From Balanoglossus misakiensis (taxonomy: Eukaryota; Animalia; Hemichordata), in contig CM082577.2 of the NCBI GenBank assembly GCA_040954595.2, positions 5,134,301-5,198,300 of the forward strand: 64,000 nt of DNA. The letters are read 5' to 3'. A program made the translations under genes and the position numbers. Of the stretch, positions 36,101 through 49,743 are shown piece by piece. The notes below the pieces were generated by a model. That model worked only from the letters and a program-made list of their open reading frames with translations, did no database searches and was not told the DNA's origin. The stretch's first letter is position 1; the number at the start of each line of letters is the position of its first letter.

Positions 36101-39100
36101 ACGTCCTTCTTGAAACCGGTTCAGAGACCCCAAAGATTTTCATCATGTTAGAGGCTGGTCATTTTATGTGATGAAGTGTTCGTGGTAGAACAGTGGTATC
36201 TATCTACATCTGCCAGTTATGAGAACTACATGTAAATTTGATTGGTACATTTTACTGTGGTACTGATACATGTACACCTAATGTCACAGCCAGCCCAGGG
36301 TGAAAGGTCGAAATCCAGGGTTTGGTATATCATCACACGCTAGTAAGTGGTGAAAACTCAGTGATTTATTGAAAATCGAACAACTCTTTGTTGTGATTAA
36401 GTGCTTGGCTGGTTTATAAGCAGTAATATCCAGGTTTGGGGTTACAAAGCACAGGGGCCAATAACCACTGACCACTAGACACATCTAGTATGATGTAAGC
36501 AATTAGGTTGGACCATTACGGACAATTGATCTCTGGCAATATAACAATATACATGTAGTAGTACATAAATTGAGTAATGTGTTGAGAGCAACTGGGAAGC
36601 AATTGAAACCTAATGAACGGTGTGGAAGAATCAATGCCAATTCTCTCTCTCTGTCCAGCCTGCAGGTAAAAGCTGATGAATTGGGAAGGAGGCAGTCTGT
36701 TGAAGTTCGGGTGGTCAATTAAAATTTATGGAGATCCAGAGACACTATCGGCAAACACTGGGCATGTAGCAGTCACAAGACATGAAGTCTCTGTTACCGT
36801 TTTTGCAAACATTCACATAATTGAGCGACGTAAACACCTGCTTGAAAACGTCAGGTACAATGGTTTCCCTCTCTCATAGGTTGAGAATCACAGACACTTT
36901 GAGTGATGTATAATGACTGTAAAACATGTAGAATGTTGGACTGGTCACCAAACATGCATACATCATCGCAATTCTGTCTGGCGCTGTCTTGGCCAGATTT
37001 TTGTTTTAGATTTCCTCCTGATTTATTAAACATTAACTGGCCTCTTGGGTTGAAAAAAACATGATCACAAATAGTTTCAGAAAGATTACCTGCGCAGAGA
37101 CAGACTTTGTACCATCCACGAGATCTACGTATTTGGTATCGCCACTGCAGTGGCCATGCATGCCAAAAGATATGCAACTATCAAAGATTAACCTAGACAC
37201 CAAAAATTGTACACCAAGTAGTACCTGCTGCTAGGTCCAAGCTGCCACGCACATTCACAACTAAGCGTACATTTCTTGCCAAAACATGTACACGTGCCTT
37301 TAGTTTGAATCATAACATCACGTACTGTACTGCACACGAACATGTTTGTGTACACAGATAAATCTGTATTGAATAACTGGGTGGGGCTCGAGTGCCCAAA
37401 CGATAAATTTGATGACGCAATATGAAAGGTATGGGCAATTCACACAAATTCTGTGATACATGTATGGGCAGTTCTAGTGATTATAGTTACTGGCATTGTT
37501 TTTATAAAAAGAATATCTCCAAATCACAGACCACATGCTTTTCAGACCTTGGATTTTTTTTGTATGGGGGGGGGATTTTTTTTAGGCTCTACAAAAGTGA
37601 GAAAAAAAACACTATGGGCAATTGACGGGAAATAACCCAATTTACATAATTGTACCAAAACACACAAGGGAGGGCCGACACTTCTTGGCTAAGCATGGGA
37701 CCTAATGAATCCTGTACTTCACAAGACAAGTGTCTCTGTATTTTCAAGAGTTCACTGAGGACAGCAGTGGGATGTTTCCAGTGATGGATGGCCAGGATTT
37801 TCCTTCTATGCAAATGTTGATACGGTGATCGCAGATAAGCAACTTTTTTTTTATCTCGAAAAAATCAGCCATCCAGAACCTTTCCATCATTTGTCTGTCC
37901 TTTCAATTGCAATGACCCCACGGTTTGAGTTGAACTCAACGCTTGATCAGTGCGGGCATGGTTCCACTCCGGCTGCTCAGCTGATGGCGGTTATGTTTCC
38001 AGTTGAACTCTTCCCGTTGCCCATGGAGATATAACAGCCAGATGGCTCCTGCAGTACCAAATCAACGAACTAGCTGACACTGGGCTAACAACGGGTTAAC
38101 CCACAGTGTCATAGCCAACTGCCCTGTTGTTTCTGCCACCTGCGCCATTGTTGATCTAACCTGATATCACCTCTGCGTTATTCTTTCTGCACTTGTACGT
38201 TAATTAGCTTTGGCAATGAGGTCCTCCATGAGCTAACCCAGAGCACCCTCGGGTTAGCCCAAGTCGGAAACTTCGTTCAAATCTGCACAAACACTGTCCT
38301 AGAATGGTAATTTGGGTGTCTGCCCATCCACAATGAAATCACGGATCCCTGCAGGACACGCAAAGGTGACTCCTTTTAACCTTTGTTGGGGCAAGCCGTT
38401 TTGATATACTGACATTTAAATTCTCACCGTACTTTCGTAAACTCAATGATCCATATCTCCTGACACTTTCAAGAGGGTCTTGTTTCGAATGCGCTTATTT
38501 TAACACTGCACGTACATGTACCTGTCAGGGGATATTGCGTTCACATAACATACAATCTGACTCGGATCTCTGGGGTCATGTTAACACAAATTAAAATGCC
38601 AACTCAGCCGGCATAATCTCCTCTATGCTCCGAATCTACAGCAAGAACACCCAACTAGGACTAAGGCCAGCATAGTATGTCAACATTATAATTTTATGAA
38701 ACTCAGATTGTAGCCTGGACCTGAGCCCCGGCACAAAGTGTGACGCTGGCATAACAACTGGTTATTTTGAGCCATGTTAACTTACACAACATCAACTGTG
38801 TGAACATCATTTTGGGGGCGTTATTTCATTTCTCGTGGGTTGGTATAGTGGCTAATTTACATAAAATGAGCAAATGCTCTGGTTACGAGTTATTATTGCC
38901 TTTCAAAGAATGCAATGTAAAAGGACAGAGGCCATGCATGCTCAAGGGAAGAATATCAAACTCTGAAAACTGAATACCCAGCGTAATTTGTTGCCGTACA
39001 CAAGACGAGCACCAGAAATCTGACCTTCAGATGTCAAGAGAATATTATTCGCCACAAATAAGCGCAGGAGCGATTCGATTACTTGCCCCACATCCTCATG

Positions 39101-42100
39101 TTTCCTCCAATGCAAAATGCTCGGCAAGCCACGTGCTGGAGAAGGAGTGAGGTTAATCAATGCTCAGAGTGGGGTGATGAATTCCAAATACATCGCAGAA
39201 TATTTTTAGCTCTGATGATCGTTTTTCAGACGTTATTTGCACTGGGGATTGGCCAACGCGGGTCTGACATGAACTGGTTGTTGCCTAAACAAGGATCGAC
39301 TAAGCCCACACTTAGTCAAGGGTTCTCTCACTTAGTGTTATGGTTTTCTATAAATCTGACAACATAATTTTACCAAGGCAAACTCAAACAGGCAGCCAGA
39401 CAGACAGACACCCAGCCTAGCACTCCCAGTTAAGGGCAATTTTCTATGAAGACTTGTCCATTGACAATCTGTGTTTTTTTGTTTTTGTTCTGTTGTTTTG
39501 CTTTGTTTTATGTTTTTTTATGTTGTTATTTTTTTTTGGGGGGGGGGGGGTATTGGGCTGCTAAAACAGCAGGTTCTGAGCAACCTATTTAACTGAAAAC
39601 CATGCATCACTGGCCACCCTTCTCTCTACAGTTCACTTCTTTCCTATGGGTGGGAGAGGCTGACCAACTTTAGTCAGCAGAGGCACACAGTGAGTGAGTG
39701 GCCGGGTGACTGGTTTCAGTGACCTTCCGTCCAGGGAAATGGTGATTTAGCATGTAAATGTAAATGTATGGGCATCCACCTCACACAATACCTGCAACAC
39801 GGCTGATACAATTGTTTGCCATCCACACTATCTCACGGATGACAATGGCTGCCCAAGCCCTACCTTAGAACGGGTCAAAGGTCACCACTTTCTTCATTCC
39901 AATCTCACAATCGCCCCACATTCCGATGTGAATGCCTGTATTGTTTTCGGCAAGTGTTCAGGCTTTTGGGCCCGACAGCATTTTGTGTGGGCTACAAATA
40001 ATACATCTAGCAATCATTGTCATAGACTGTTTCCACTTTCATGATGACTTCAAAGAACACAGTGGAGTATCTCTAAACTTCACGTCCAACCCCAAAGACA
40101 TACACAGTATCTCAGAGGGCTCAGGCCCCTCCCTCGTTCAAGTACCTCACGTAACACCTTGCCTGCAGGTCAGCTTGTAGCTTCACAAATAAACCAACAA
40201 ATCAGGGAAAACATTTCACTGACACCACTACCCTTGGACTGTACCTCGAGAATTATTTACATTTGTACCATTGACAGTCAGATACATGCTGTAACCTAGA
40301 GAGAATCTGCCACTACAGCTGTCCTACATTCTGACATGTCCAACACTTCAGGAGACGCCGTGCACCTCCTTCATGCGTTTCCCCAAATATCACACACAAA
40401 GGGCAAGTTCTCCTTCACGAAGCCATTTCCACGGGGCGCAAGTGTCGCGAACAAACACCGGGCACTATCAAGGAGACAGTTTGGTCTGTTTGACTTCTGC
40501 CAAATCCAACAAACAGAACATTCTTCTGATTCATGAACCACACACAGAATTTAGGTCACCTCAACGACAGAACTAATTCCAATTTTCGACACGGCCATTC
40601 TTTTGAAATGTCGAGGTTGCCTCGACCTCTGACCAACACACCTCAATCTTGACCAGTACCTTTGACAGAGAGCTGACAACTCTACAAGAAAAGCCGGTGA
40701 CACTGACACAGCTCAGGCAATAGTTATTAACAAAATACTTGGGAGACATGGCCGACTGTCGCTGCCATAGTAACCAAGGCTGCCGGTGAGCATGCAGTGC
40801 CGCTGCGGTCACAAAACTCCTTCCAGAAATCTTCACGTATTCATGAGAAGGTTTGATCAGTTGGATTTCTTCAGAAACTGATGAAAAAGAATGTCATCCG
40901 AGATACACGCACATCTCTCAGCCCACACCTTCGTGAGCTGCATTATTGATCAGTTTGACAAAATCACAGACAGTCTGGGCATTCACCAGCACTGGCAATT
41001 CCTGGCGCTTCCAAGCAGACCCTGATCATGCACAGAAATGTAGTTTTCTGTTCCATTTTCATAGGGTAGAACAGCATACAAAAAATGGTATGGCAATGTA
41101 ACTGTATAAGAAGCAGCTTGCACCTTGGTTCTCTTGTGTTTACATAAAACAGCCTATATAACACTGGCATGTGGACTATTAACAAATGCCCAGTAGTACT
41201 TGTAACACGACAGGCAAATTATTTATTGTCATTTTACCGAAATCACACATCTCAAGCGTATGTACCGGTAATCTTGATTTCCAACTCTCAGTAAATGATA
41301 GATGACACATTATTTCAGTTCAATGAACCGACAATTCTTGAGGAGCGTAATTAGATGGACTCACTGGACCAACATGATATGATGTACAAGCCACTGACAC
41401 TTAAATTGAGCATCTACCCTGCAATCTCTCACATTTGAATGTTTTAACATTCCTTAGCATGCATTAAACATGCTCCATTCCCCATAAATTAAAATTGTTA
41501 TAGCCCTCAGGTATTTTATAGAATGTGTTGTACACACAGGGCAAAGCCAAAAGCAATTTGTCCCTTAAATAGATGTATAAAATGAAATGATCTTAATCCT
41601 ACTAATGTTGAAATAAGATCCCACTTTTTTTCATTACATTTTATTGTGCAATCGTAATTGCTGAGATTGTAATTGAAAGCAATTTCTAGTAATATCTTTT
41701 AGATTGCTTTATGTATTGACACAACCGAGTGTGGTTTTACAATACAGCATCCTGCAGGCAATCCCCCCCCCCTCCCCCAATATTCAATAAAATATTCACT
41801 GCCCAGTACGAATGCAATTACAGTTTTATCAATAAGTGGCAAGCTCTATGGTAATGAGAGGTTATTTTCGTATTTAGAATGCTTGACATAACATTATACC
41901 AGAATTGAATACATGCAAGCAGAAACACACCCAAATGAAATCAGTTTATCAAACCACATCCTTGAACATGGAGCACCCTTGTGATTCATATCATTGAACA
42001 TGGACACTGTACCTGAACTGAACAGGTGGCTCTTATGATCTCAATCAAAACCACTTCCTAACCCCAATGTCAATGACATTGCCAGAAGTGTTCAATAATA

Positions 42101-43386
42101 TGAACATAAGGTGAATTTGACAGATCAAGACACAACACATGTACCGGGAGACATTTGGTTGAGACATTTAGAACAATCGGTCCCCACTTATATTTCATTT
42201 CAATTGTAACATAATTGACTATCCAATTTATTCCAGTTGGAGTAAAATTTGTGTTAACACTTTAAATTTGTAAACCAGTTGAATTACATACACTTTACAG
42301 TATGATTTAATTTGGCATACGGGCGGGACATATGTTGTGATCATAAATTATCTGCATTTTTCACACACTTTATATTTTTAATCCCCAATAAATGCATTGT
42401 AACAGTTGCCAAAGTGTGTGTACTGTACATCACAAAATATTGGTGTTAGTTTGTGAGTGTGACGGACAGTGAAACCAGTATACTTTATTCAACATACTGT
42501 TGACATTCGGCAGAGATAAAGACATATGGGTACTGGTGTATAAATAGCAACAGCCTGGAAACTGCTGTCATAATGATGCTATGCTGAGAAATATGTGGTA
42601 AGGGCAAGGATACTGGGCACACTGTGACCAGGACAAAAATATTCTGCATCTTTTTCTCACATTATTGACACTTTTCGTCTTTTCTACCTACGTGCCTCTC
42701 CAAAAAACATTAAAACTCGCAATACAGATGTTAATCAAGATAACAACCGTACCGCGCAGTACTGCTATGGGTTTCCCAACTACCGTGTCCTTTGAACACC
42801 CACTCTGCGATGTACACCGTGAAAATGTAAACAAGTTAACTCATAACTGTTCACGTACGTACGTACGCGCCCGTTTGCTTACATCACGTGCGGTTTCTCG
42901 AATGAATCGTCGAAAAACAGTTTAATTTGCTCCGTATGAACGTCAGTTTGTCGAGTCAGATCACTAAACCGGGTGATTACATGCGAGATGTGGCTGTGAC
43001 TAATGTGGAGTGGCCACAGTCACTTGGGCGTGTCTCTAGGGCTAACCAGCTATATCTATCGTCCGCCCGTAAACGTCTTGAATACATGGAACAAGCTTGA
43101 CAACACGGTGCAACAAGATTTGCGCGTTTCTGGAGACAGAATACGGCTCGACTGTGCAAATTGAAACAGCCTAGCAGCGAATAATCTATCTGTACGTGAA
43201 GATAAGAGTAACCTTTGTCCCAGTGAGACTTGACGTAGAGAGAGATAGGACCTGGCCGAAGGGGCACCTTGCGTTCCCCGACTACATTCCTAAAATGCGA
43301 CATTGACAGCTGCAGGCCCGGTTACACCCCATGCAAATCGCTTGACAAAAATGCATATTTCAACAAAGAACACAGCAGGAACTTAC

Positions 43387-43600
43387 CCGAATGAGTGAAA
43401 CAGGTGTTGATGTGTCCCGCCAGCGGTCAAAATTCTCTTGCCAATAAAATGTCACAGTGTTTTCACACCAAATTTGACCACCACTAGTTTTACGCGTGGG
43501 GTTGCCGCCATTTTGGTAGCAGCATCTGCGCGTGCGTGGTTCTCGCCTTGCAGCCAGCTCGAACTTCGCGAACTTTACTGGCACGCGTTGCGACCCTATG
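43387..43600 (-). promoter_or_regulatory. Probable USP1 CpG-rich promoter and non-coding first exon
   Basis: High CpG density at ~42750-43650, YY1 motif GCCGCCATTTT (43504-43514), E2F-like GGCGGGAC, and a strong donor CGG|GTAAGT at 43386. The next exon has an acceptor before its ATG, so an upstream exon is required. Confidence 0.6.
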
Positions 43601-44530
43601 ACAGTATGACTGAGTTAATAAGTTTGAAAAGTGACGATTTTCGCTTTCACGGTGCATTGAAAAAAAGTTAAATTAGTACCTTTACTATAGGTTATTCTTG
43701 CTTTTGAATTTATTTAATACAAACTACACACTTGCATAGTTTTATGGTGAAAATATCAAACTGCATGTGCAGTTGTAAGCTTATCTAGCGCATTAGCCAC
43801 AGTATCATCTGCGACAAGCTCACTTTTTAACATCTCGTCGCCTTCGATTTATTGCGACCAGTTGCAGAATTGAAAAAAAAAGTTTAAATTTTTTATTTAA
43901 ATTGCCACGTTAGAATACTCAACAGTGTATCAAGCCACGTGATATTGCGCTAATTCTACGATAATCAGCAGAACAAATATGGTTTGGTGATTAGTAGGTG
44001 CAATGTGCGGGACCTCGCCCAGCACGGGTGTCCAGCTTGAGCAGTAGGGTCTCCATGGTAATAGTAGCCGGCGACAGGACGACATAAGGATTTTCGGAAT
44101 CGTCGAAGAAGCGGGAGATATTTAATTAAAAGTTAACAAACGTTTGAAATATCAGAGCTGGGCATTTTTTACTATTTTAATACTATAGAGTGACCGTGTG
44201 ACAATTTATAAATCACGGAAGATAATGCGATCGCATAAATCAATACTTCGCCCTCCCTGCCCTGGATATGAGAACTCATGGATATTGGACTTCGGGTCAC
44301 GTAAACCCGAGTACATTTATGTTGATGGTGAAAATGGATACCACCTCGTGTGGATATACATGTATATATCACAATCTAAACTTCTAGATGTATCCGTATA
44401 TCAGATATCTTTCCTCTCCGTTATCTGTCGAAAAGAACAAGTCACATTTTAGAGACACGCACGCGTGCGTTATATAACGGTGACGTCAATGCCACTGTAT
44501 GTAGCCAGCCACAGACGTCATGCATCTGAT

Positions 44531-44565
44531 CACAGTCCCTCTATTACTGTAATAGAGCGACTGTG
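44531..44565. mobile_element. 35-bp palindromic DNA-transposon remnant with a 7-bp TSD (P-superfamily footprint-like)
   Basis: ATCTGAT|CACAGTCCCTCTATTAC-T-GTAATAGAGCGACTGTG|ATCTGAT: 17-bp arms with one mismatch. Confidence 0.7.
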
Positions 44566-47500
44566 ATCTGATCTACGAGCAGGCGCAACAGGTTTTCACC
44601 CAGTTAACAGCTCCCACGTGACTAGTACATATGCACAAAACACGAGAAAAGTAACTTTAAAAATCGCTGTACATTATATATCGACGAATAAAAGTAAGAA
44701 TAGTATGTATAGTAGCAAATAACTCAATTTATTTAATACTAAATGATATGTTCTTGTTTTAATTCGCTTTCGAAAGTGTCATACCGCATACCGCGGCCGT
44801 CGACCGGGGAATGTGGTCCGTGTGGTGTGGGACACCAATACAGCGCCGCCAACGTCATTGTATACGCATCTTTTGTTTTACGCGGCTTTACCTTTTCCAC
44901 CTGTTTTTCCCCTCATCACGAGTACCGTAAACGCTGACAGCAGGGCTAAAACGTTTCTCTTTGACAGACATAGGTCACAGCTCTATATATAATGTTTGTG
45001 AATACCAGTTCAAAAACCATGCAATTCCGAGTGGTTGGTGTGGCTTGAAAACAGACAGACACATAACCTGCATTCCAAGAAAAGTCACAGAACACCAAAG
45101 TTTGTGTTCCCAAATTTTTATTAGCAGTTTGACAGTATTTATAAAATGTAGATGACAACTTACCAAGTAAAAGTGTACATGTACATTGTAGAGTGTGTAC
45201 AAAGTATTTATGTTATACAGTGTGTGTGCAGAATTGTGATTGTGTATTTCAGTGACAAATACAGATACATGTATCTTTCATTGACTTAATATAAGATTTC
45301 ATTTGTAATTCTTAAACTATGAAACAGTTCCCCAAACACTAATTTGCCCAGTGGCCTCAAAGAGATCTGAAATGAAATATTATCATGACATGTCATTTTA
45401 TAACAAAGGATGCCGATCAATTTTGGCTTTAAAATTAATATTTTTCAGTCCAGCACACTTTGCAAAGAATTGACCGCACTGTATAAAAAAAAATAGAAAA
45501 ATAACCATGGCTTTGGTACTTGGAAGTAATATAATGTAAATACAAATGTGATGAATAATTTAGCCATCAATTCTTCAACTTACCGTGATTATTCAAGGGT
45601 TGGAGGGGAGGGGAATACATGTACTTTGCTGGGCTAGTCTTCTACCCCCCATTAAACTAAAATGAATCATCCCTACCACTGTGATCATGAAGAACTTGGA
45701 CTAAACCACAGCAGTGTGAAGGGTATTAACCCATGGTCTTTCTGATACAATTTTCAAGCAGTCTCAGGCACACTGGATAAACTGTGATATGTCTACACAC
45801 AACTTATTATCAAGAGACCAAATTAAAATTGACATTATTTTGGCAACCTCTTCACCAGTTAGAGATCTGTCTGAAGGCTGTGTGAGGGCGCTCTTCACCA
45901 GGACATTCTACCTTTTCTTGTTTCTGGAGTCGAGTTCGACTAAAAAGCTACCAAATATCTTCAAATAACAAAATACATGTACACAACACTGAAAAATTTG
46001 ATGGAAATGAAATGATATAAAAGCTTATGAAATGAAGTTTTCTTGATTAAAGCAGACATATTGCACCAGAGATTAAATGAATATAAAAAATACTTGCAAT
46101 ACATATGTCAGATTTCATATTTCGCCTACCATGTTCTCAAACTCAAACACTTCCTAGTTTTTTTACAGGTCTAACACAGCCCCTTGGATAATGCTGAAAT
46201 GTTAAAAAAAGATTCTTCAGCATCTCTTGTAAAAAATATCTGAACAGAAGTCTTGACAATGACTTCGCTTTTAACATTATTTGACCCTTCTTGGTAAAAA
46301 AAAACAGACTAATGTGATGATATTTGATTTCTTACTTTGGAATACAGCCGAGACGAGAACTGGAGATAACACCACAAACAAAGAAACAAACAAACAAACA
46401 AGGTTTGCTTCTTCCCTTGTGGACCTCATTTGAACAGATTCACATCAAAGCGTTCATCATGGTATTTCAACCTGCAATCTTGTTTTGGGACGTATCACAA
46501 GCCTACCTATCTTTGTCTGTCACAATTGACCTTTGACCAAAACCGTTCACACTGGCATAAACATTGGAATAATTCTCATAACTTTGTGCATAGAAGCAGT
46601 GAAACATCATTACAAAGCGGTACTCTTTGTAATACCAATATACAAGACAAAGTTCCATACATAATATCTTAAATATATTTACAATGAAATAGGTATGTAC
46701 AATATAAGTTTCGTTTATCTATACCCTTACATACTACTTTTGGTGAAACGTACGTACCTAGGACCAATTATTATTTAAGACTCATTCAAATCATGTGATC
46801 TACAGTATCTATTCCTTAAAATTTAATAACCCATATTGCAGCTATTCCTTATTAACTATTTGAAATCTTGCATAATTACATTACAGTGGTAACATTACCT
46901 TAACACATCTTTTTTACCCTAAATAGTCACTGGCAGTGTTTCAAGTCTACTTACAGGAAGTTTTACAAATCATTATGGTATATACACTGACCTTACCTCT
47001 TAGTGTAACAAGCCAAATATCGAATTCACCTTGTGGTTGAAATGTGTGGAAAATTTGTGTCCCAGTTTCAGCGAAATTTGGAAATAATTATTAGCTGAAT
47101 TTTTGATCACTTTCAAAATGCAATTCAGCTGATTTGGGTATTTTATCATATATTTATACAAACTGTCAAAGCCATTCTGAAATCTAGAAAATGCAGCGTG
47201 CTGTGAGTCTGAACTCAAATGGGCAAATTGACAGCAGGGAAGAAAATTAGCATTTGAGGAGGACAGAAGCTTAAAATGAAACTGTGCAAGCAGAAGACTA
47301 TTGCTCCTTAGAGAATGCTCACGAAACGATCTATTGTACAAAAAAGACTAAGAAAAAACAAGAATGGGTGGTAGTCTGTGCGGTAACATGGTGTACTGCG
47401 TGGATAAGAGAAAGATGAAATATTATTTTATGATATGGAATGGAAATATGGATGGAACGATTGATAAGTGAATGATTAAGGAGAAATAATGTGGAAAGAA

Positions 47501-47835
47501 GTTATACTTTTTGAAAGGAGTTATTTCAACTAAAACTTGTCCTGGTTTGGAAATGCAGTATTTGCTGTTACATACACTTGTTGGCTTTATGCAGGAGTGA
47601 GTTTACATAAATGTGTACAAGTAAATTTTCCTGTTTCTTTGGGTCAGATGTACCGGGTACTTGGTATGTATCTAAATATTTGTAGGAAGCAGTTCTCTAC
47701 TGTGGACAGTGACATCATTAAGCCCAGCAGGAAATAAATCGCTGTGGGCCGTCTCCTCAGAGAAAATCAGAGAGTCACTAGCAAGATCTAATTTTGATGT
47801 GTGATACACAGCATCATTTGGAGTCCACCTAGCTC

Positions 47836-47850
47836 GCCGTAGAGGGCGCT
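47836..47850 (+). promoter_or_regulatory. CTCF-like motif between the claudin-like gene 3' end and the USP1 promoter
   Basis: GCCGTAGAGGGCGCT is close to the CCASYAGRKGGCRS consensus. Motif match only. Confidence 0.4.
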
Positions 47851-49743
47851 AGCACAAATTCAGCACAAAACTATCAGAGGTTGCTCACAGCAGTGTCTAT
47901 ATGCTCAAACATAGCATTGAAGACTTCAGCGATGTCAGTGAACACCTGTGATAGTACTCAGAAAACAGTTATCTAATGCTATCATTTCTGTCTCTGCCAC
48001 CTCTATGTTAGCAACAAAAGTTTGGAAGATAAATTATACGGATCAAAATGAAGTAAATAAACATGTAAAAATGAAACATATCAGACAAAGACTAGGTAAT
48101 CTGGACTGCCAATACTGTCTAAAATATTTCTAGTCTTCTAGCCATAGATATCATGTCAGATAATTAAATACCTTTGGAAACTGGACATGCTTACAAATTA
48201 ACTGTCAACATTCTATGATAGCCTCTCTCAGTTCAGACATGTTGTACTGTACGGTTGAGTATATTCTACAGTTCTATGCATTTTCATTTGTCAGTATAAC
48301 ATGCAATTGCATAATATGACTGCCATAAACAGTAAAACCAGTCTAAATCACACCCTCTCTAATCTGGAAACCTGTCTACAGTGAACCTCTTTTCTAATGC
48401 TTTCAAATTGGACATTATGTTAATAGGAACTCAATAGACTAGATACTGTATCTCTATAAACTGAAGTTTGGTGTCTGGTTTACACAAGTTTTACTGTACT
48501 CATTCTCCACGCCCCTTATCCAGGGACATCTCTACAAATGTCAACTCTTGCATTTGGTGTCAAAAACATCCTACAGTACCAATGATGTGAGATATGTAAA
48601 AAGTGATCACGTACGAAAATAGAAATGACAAAATTTTTTTGCAGCTTATGATACAATGATATGAAAGTGACAATAGAAAAAAAAGATTTTTCTGTAAAAA
48701 CATGGACATCATGATGAATAAATTATGATTTCAAACGATCACAAAGTTGCATAGAATTAGCACAAATTTGAACATAAATGCAAATTAATTGTGAAAGACA
48801 GACCATTCAGTGAATAAAAAATTAAAAAAATTAAACTGACATGAGATTTAACACTACTGCTAAATTTTAAAATTCGCACTCATGAACGCATCATCATAAA
48901 TTGTCAATGACCTTTCCTGACCTTTAAACCCATCAGACTATTAAATGTGCAGTGTCCTGTTTTAATTTATTCAATGAGTATATAATGGCTGGATATTGAA
49001 AATGTAGTTGGTTTCTGCTTCATTTCAGGTTTCAGTACATTGTACATCTTACAAAAAAAATTCTATCGCCATTCTCATCTACTGCATTATAACTTCAATT
49101 TATAAAGCATGAGTTTGTTTACAAGCAGGGTCAGGTCGACCTGCACATGCATGCAATTCATATATTGAAGGGCCAACAACCTCAGAGGGCATTGACCCAG
49201 GGGTCAATGAGCCCAAAGGTCATAGTTGAAAGGCCAATGCTGTCAAAGATCCAGTTGTGAGAAACAAAATTTCAAATGTATCAAAAATATAAAGTTATGT
49301 GACTGGCAGATGCTTTGTAAAGAAAGAGTTCAGATCTTCAACTTCCTGCCTACCATAATACTTTCACAGAAACTTACCATCGATTACATTTACCACACAC
49401 ATATTTCGTGGACATATTTGGCAAATTATGCAGTACAAAATTCAAATTGCCCATTTTGTTGAATTACAAAAATGGTCAGAAAGAATGCAGCTTATGTTTC
49501 TTTAAAAAAAATGATTGTGATGTGATATTACACTTGACAAACAAATGCAATTGGCAACTTCCCTTCCTTCAATCATCCAATCACTTTGCTATGACCACCA
49601 TCTTCCACATGCGAAGATCAACAGACTAACAAGCATCATAAGTTCAAACAGCCTTTGCCTGAAAGTTGTCCACAGTGACGGCCGGCAATAACATGGCGGT
49701 CGAAACGCACAGTGAATCATATATAATACTTGGCGAATATTTT

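Noticed and set aside
44531-44565. RAG/Transib recombination-signal-like ends (CACAGTC resembles CACAGTG)
   Set aside because: Transib/RAG elements make 5-bp TSDs. The 5-bp flanks here differ (CTGAT vs ATCTG), a 7-bp duplication fits exactly, and no nonamer is present.
47000-47341. 113-aa ORF (likewise the 134-aa ORF at 56827-57231)
   Set aside because: AT-rich, with no motif, codon bias or consistent exon chain.
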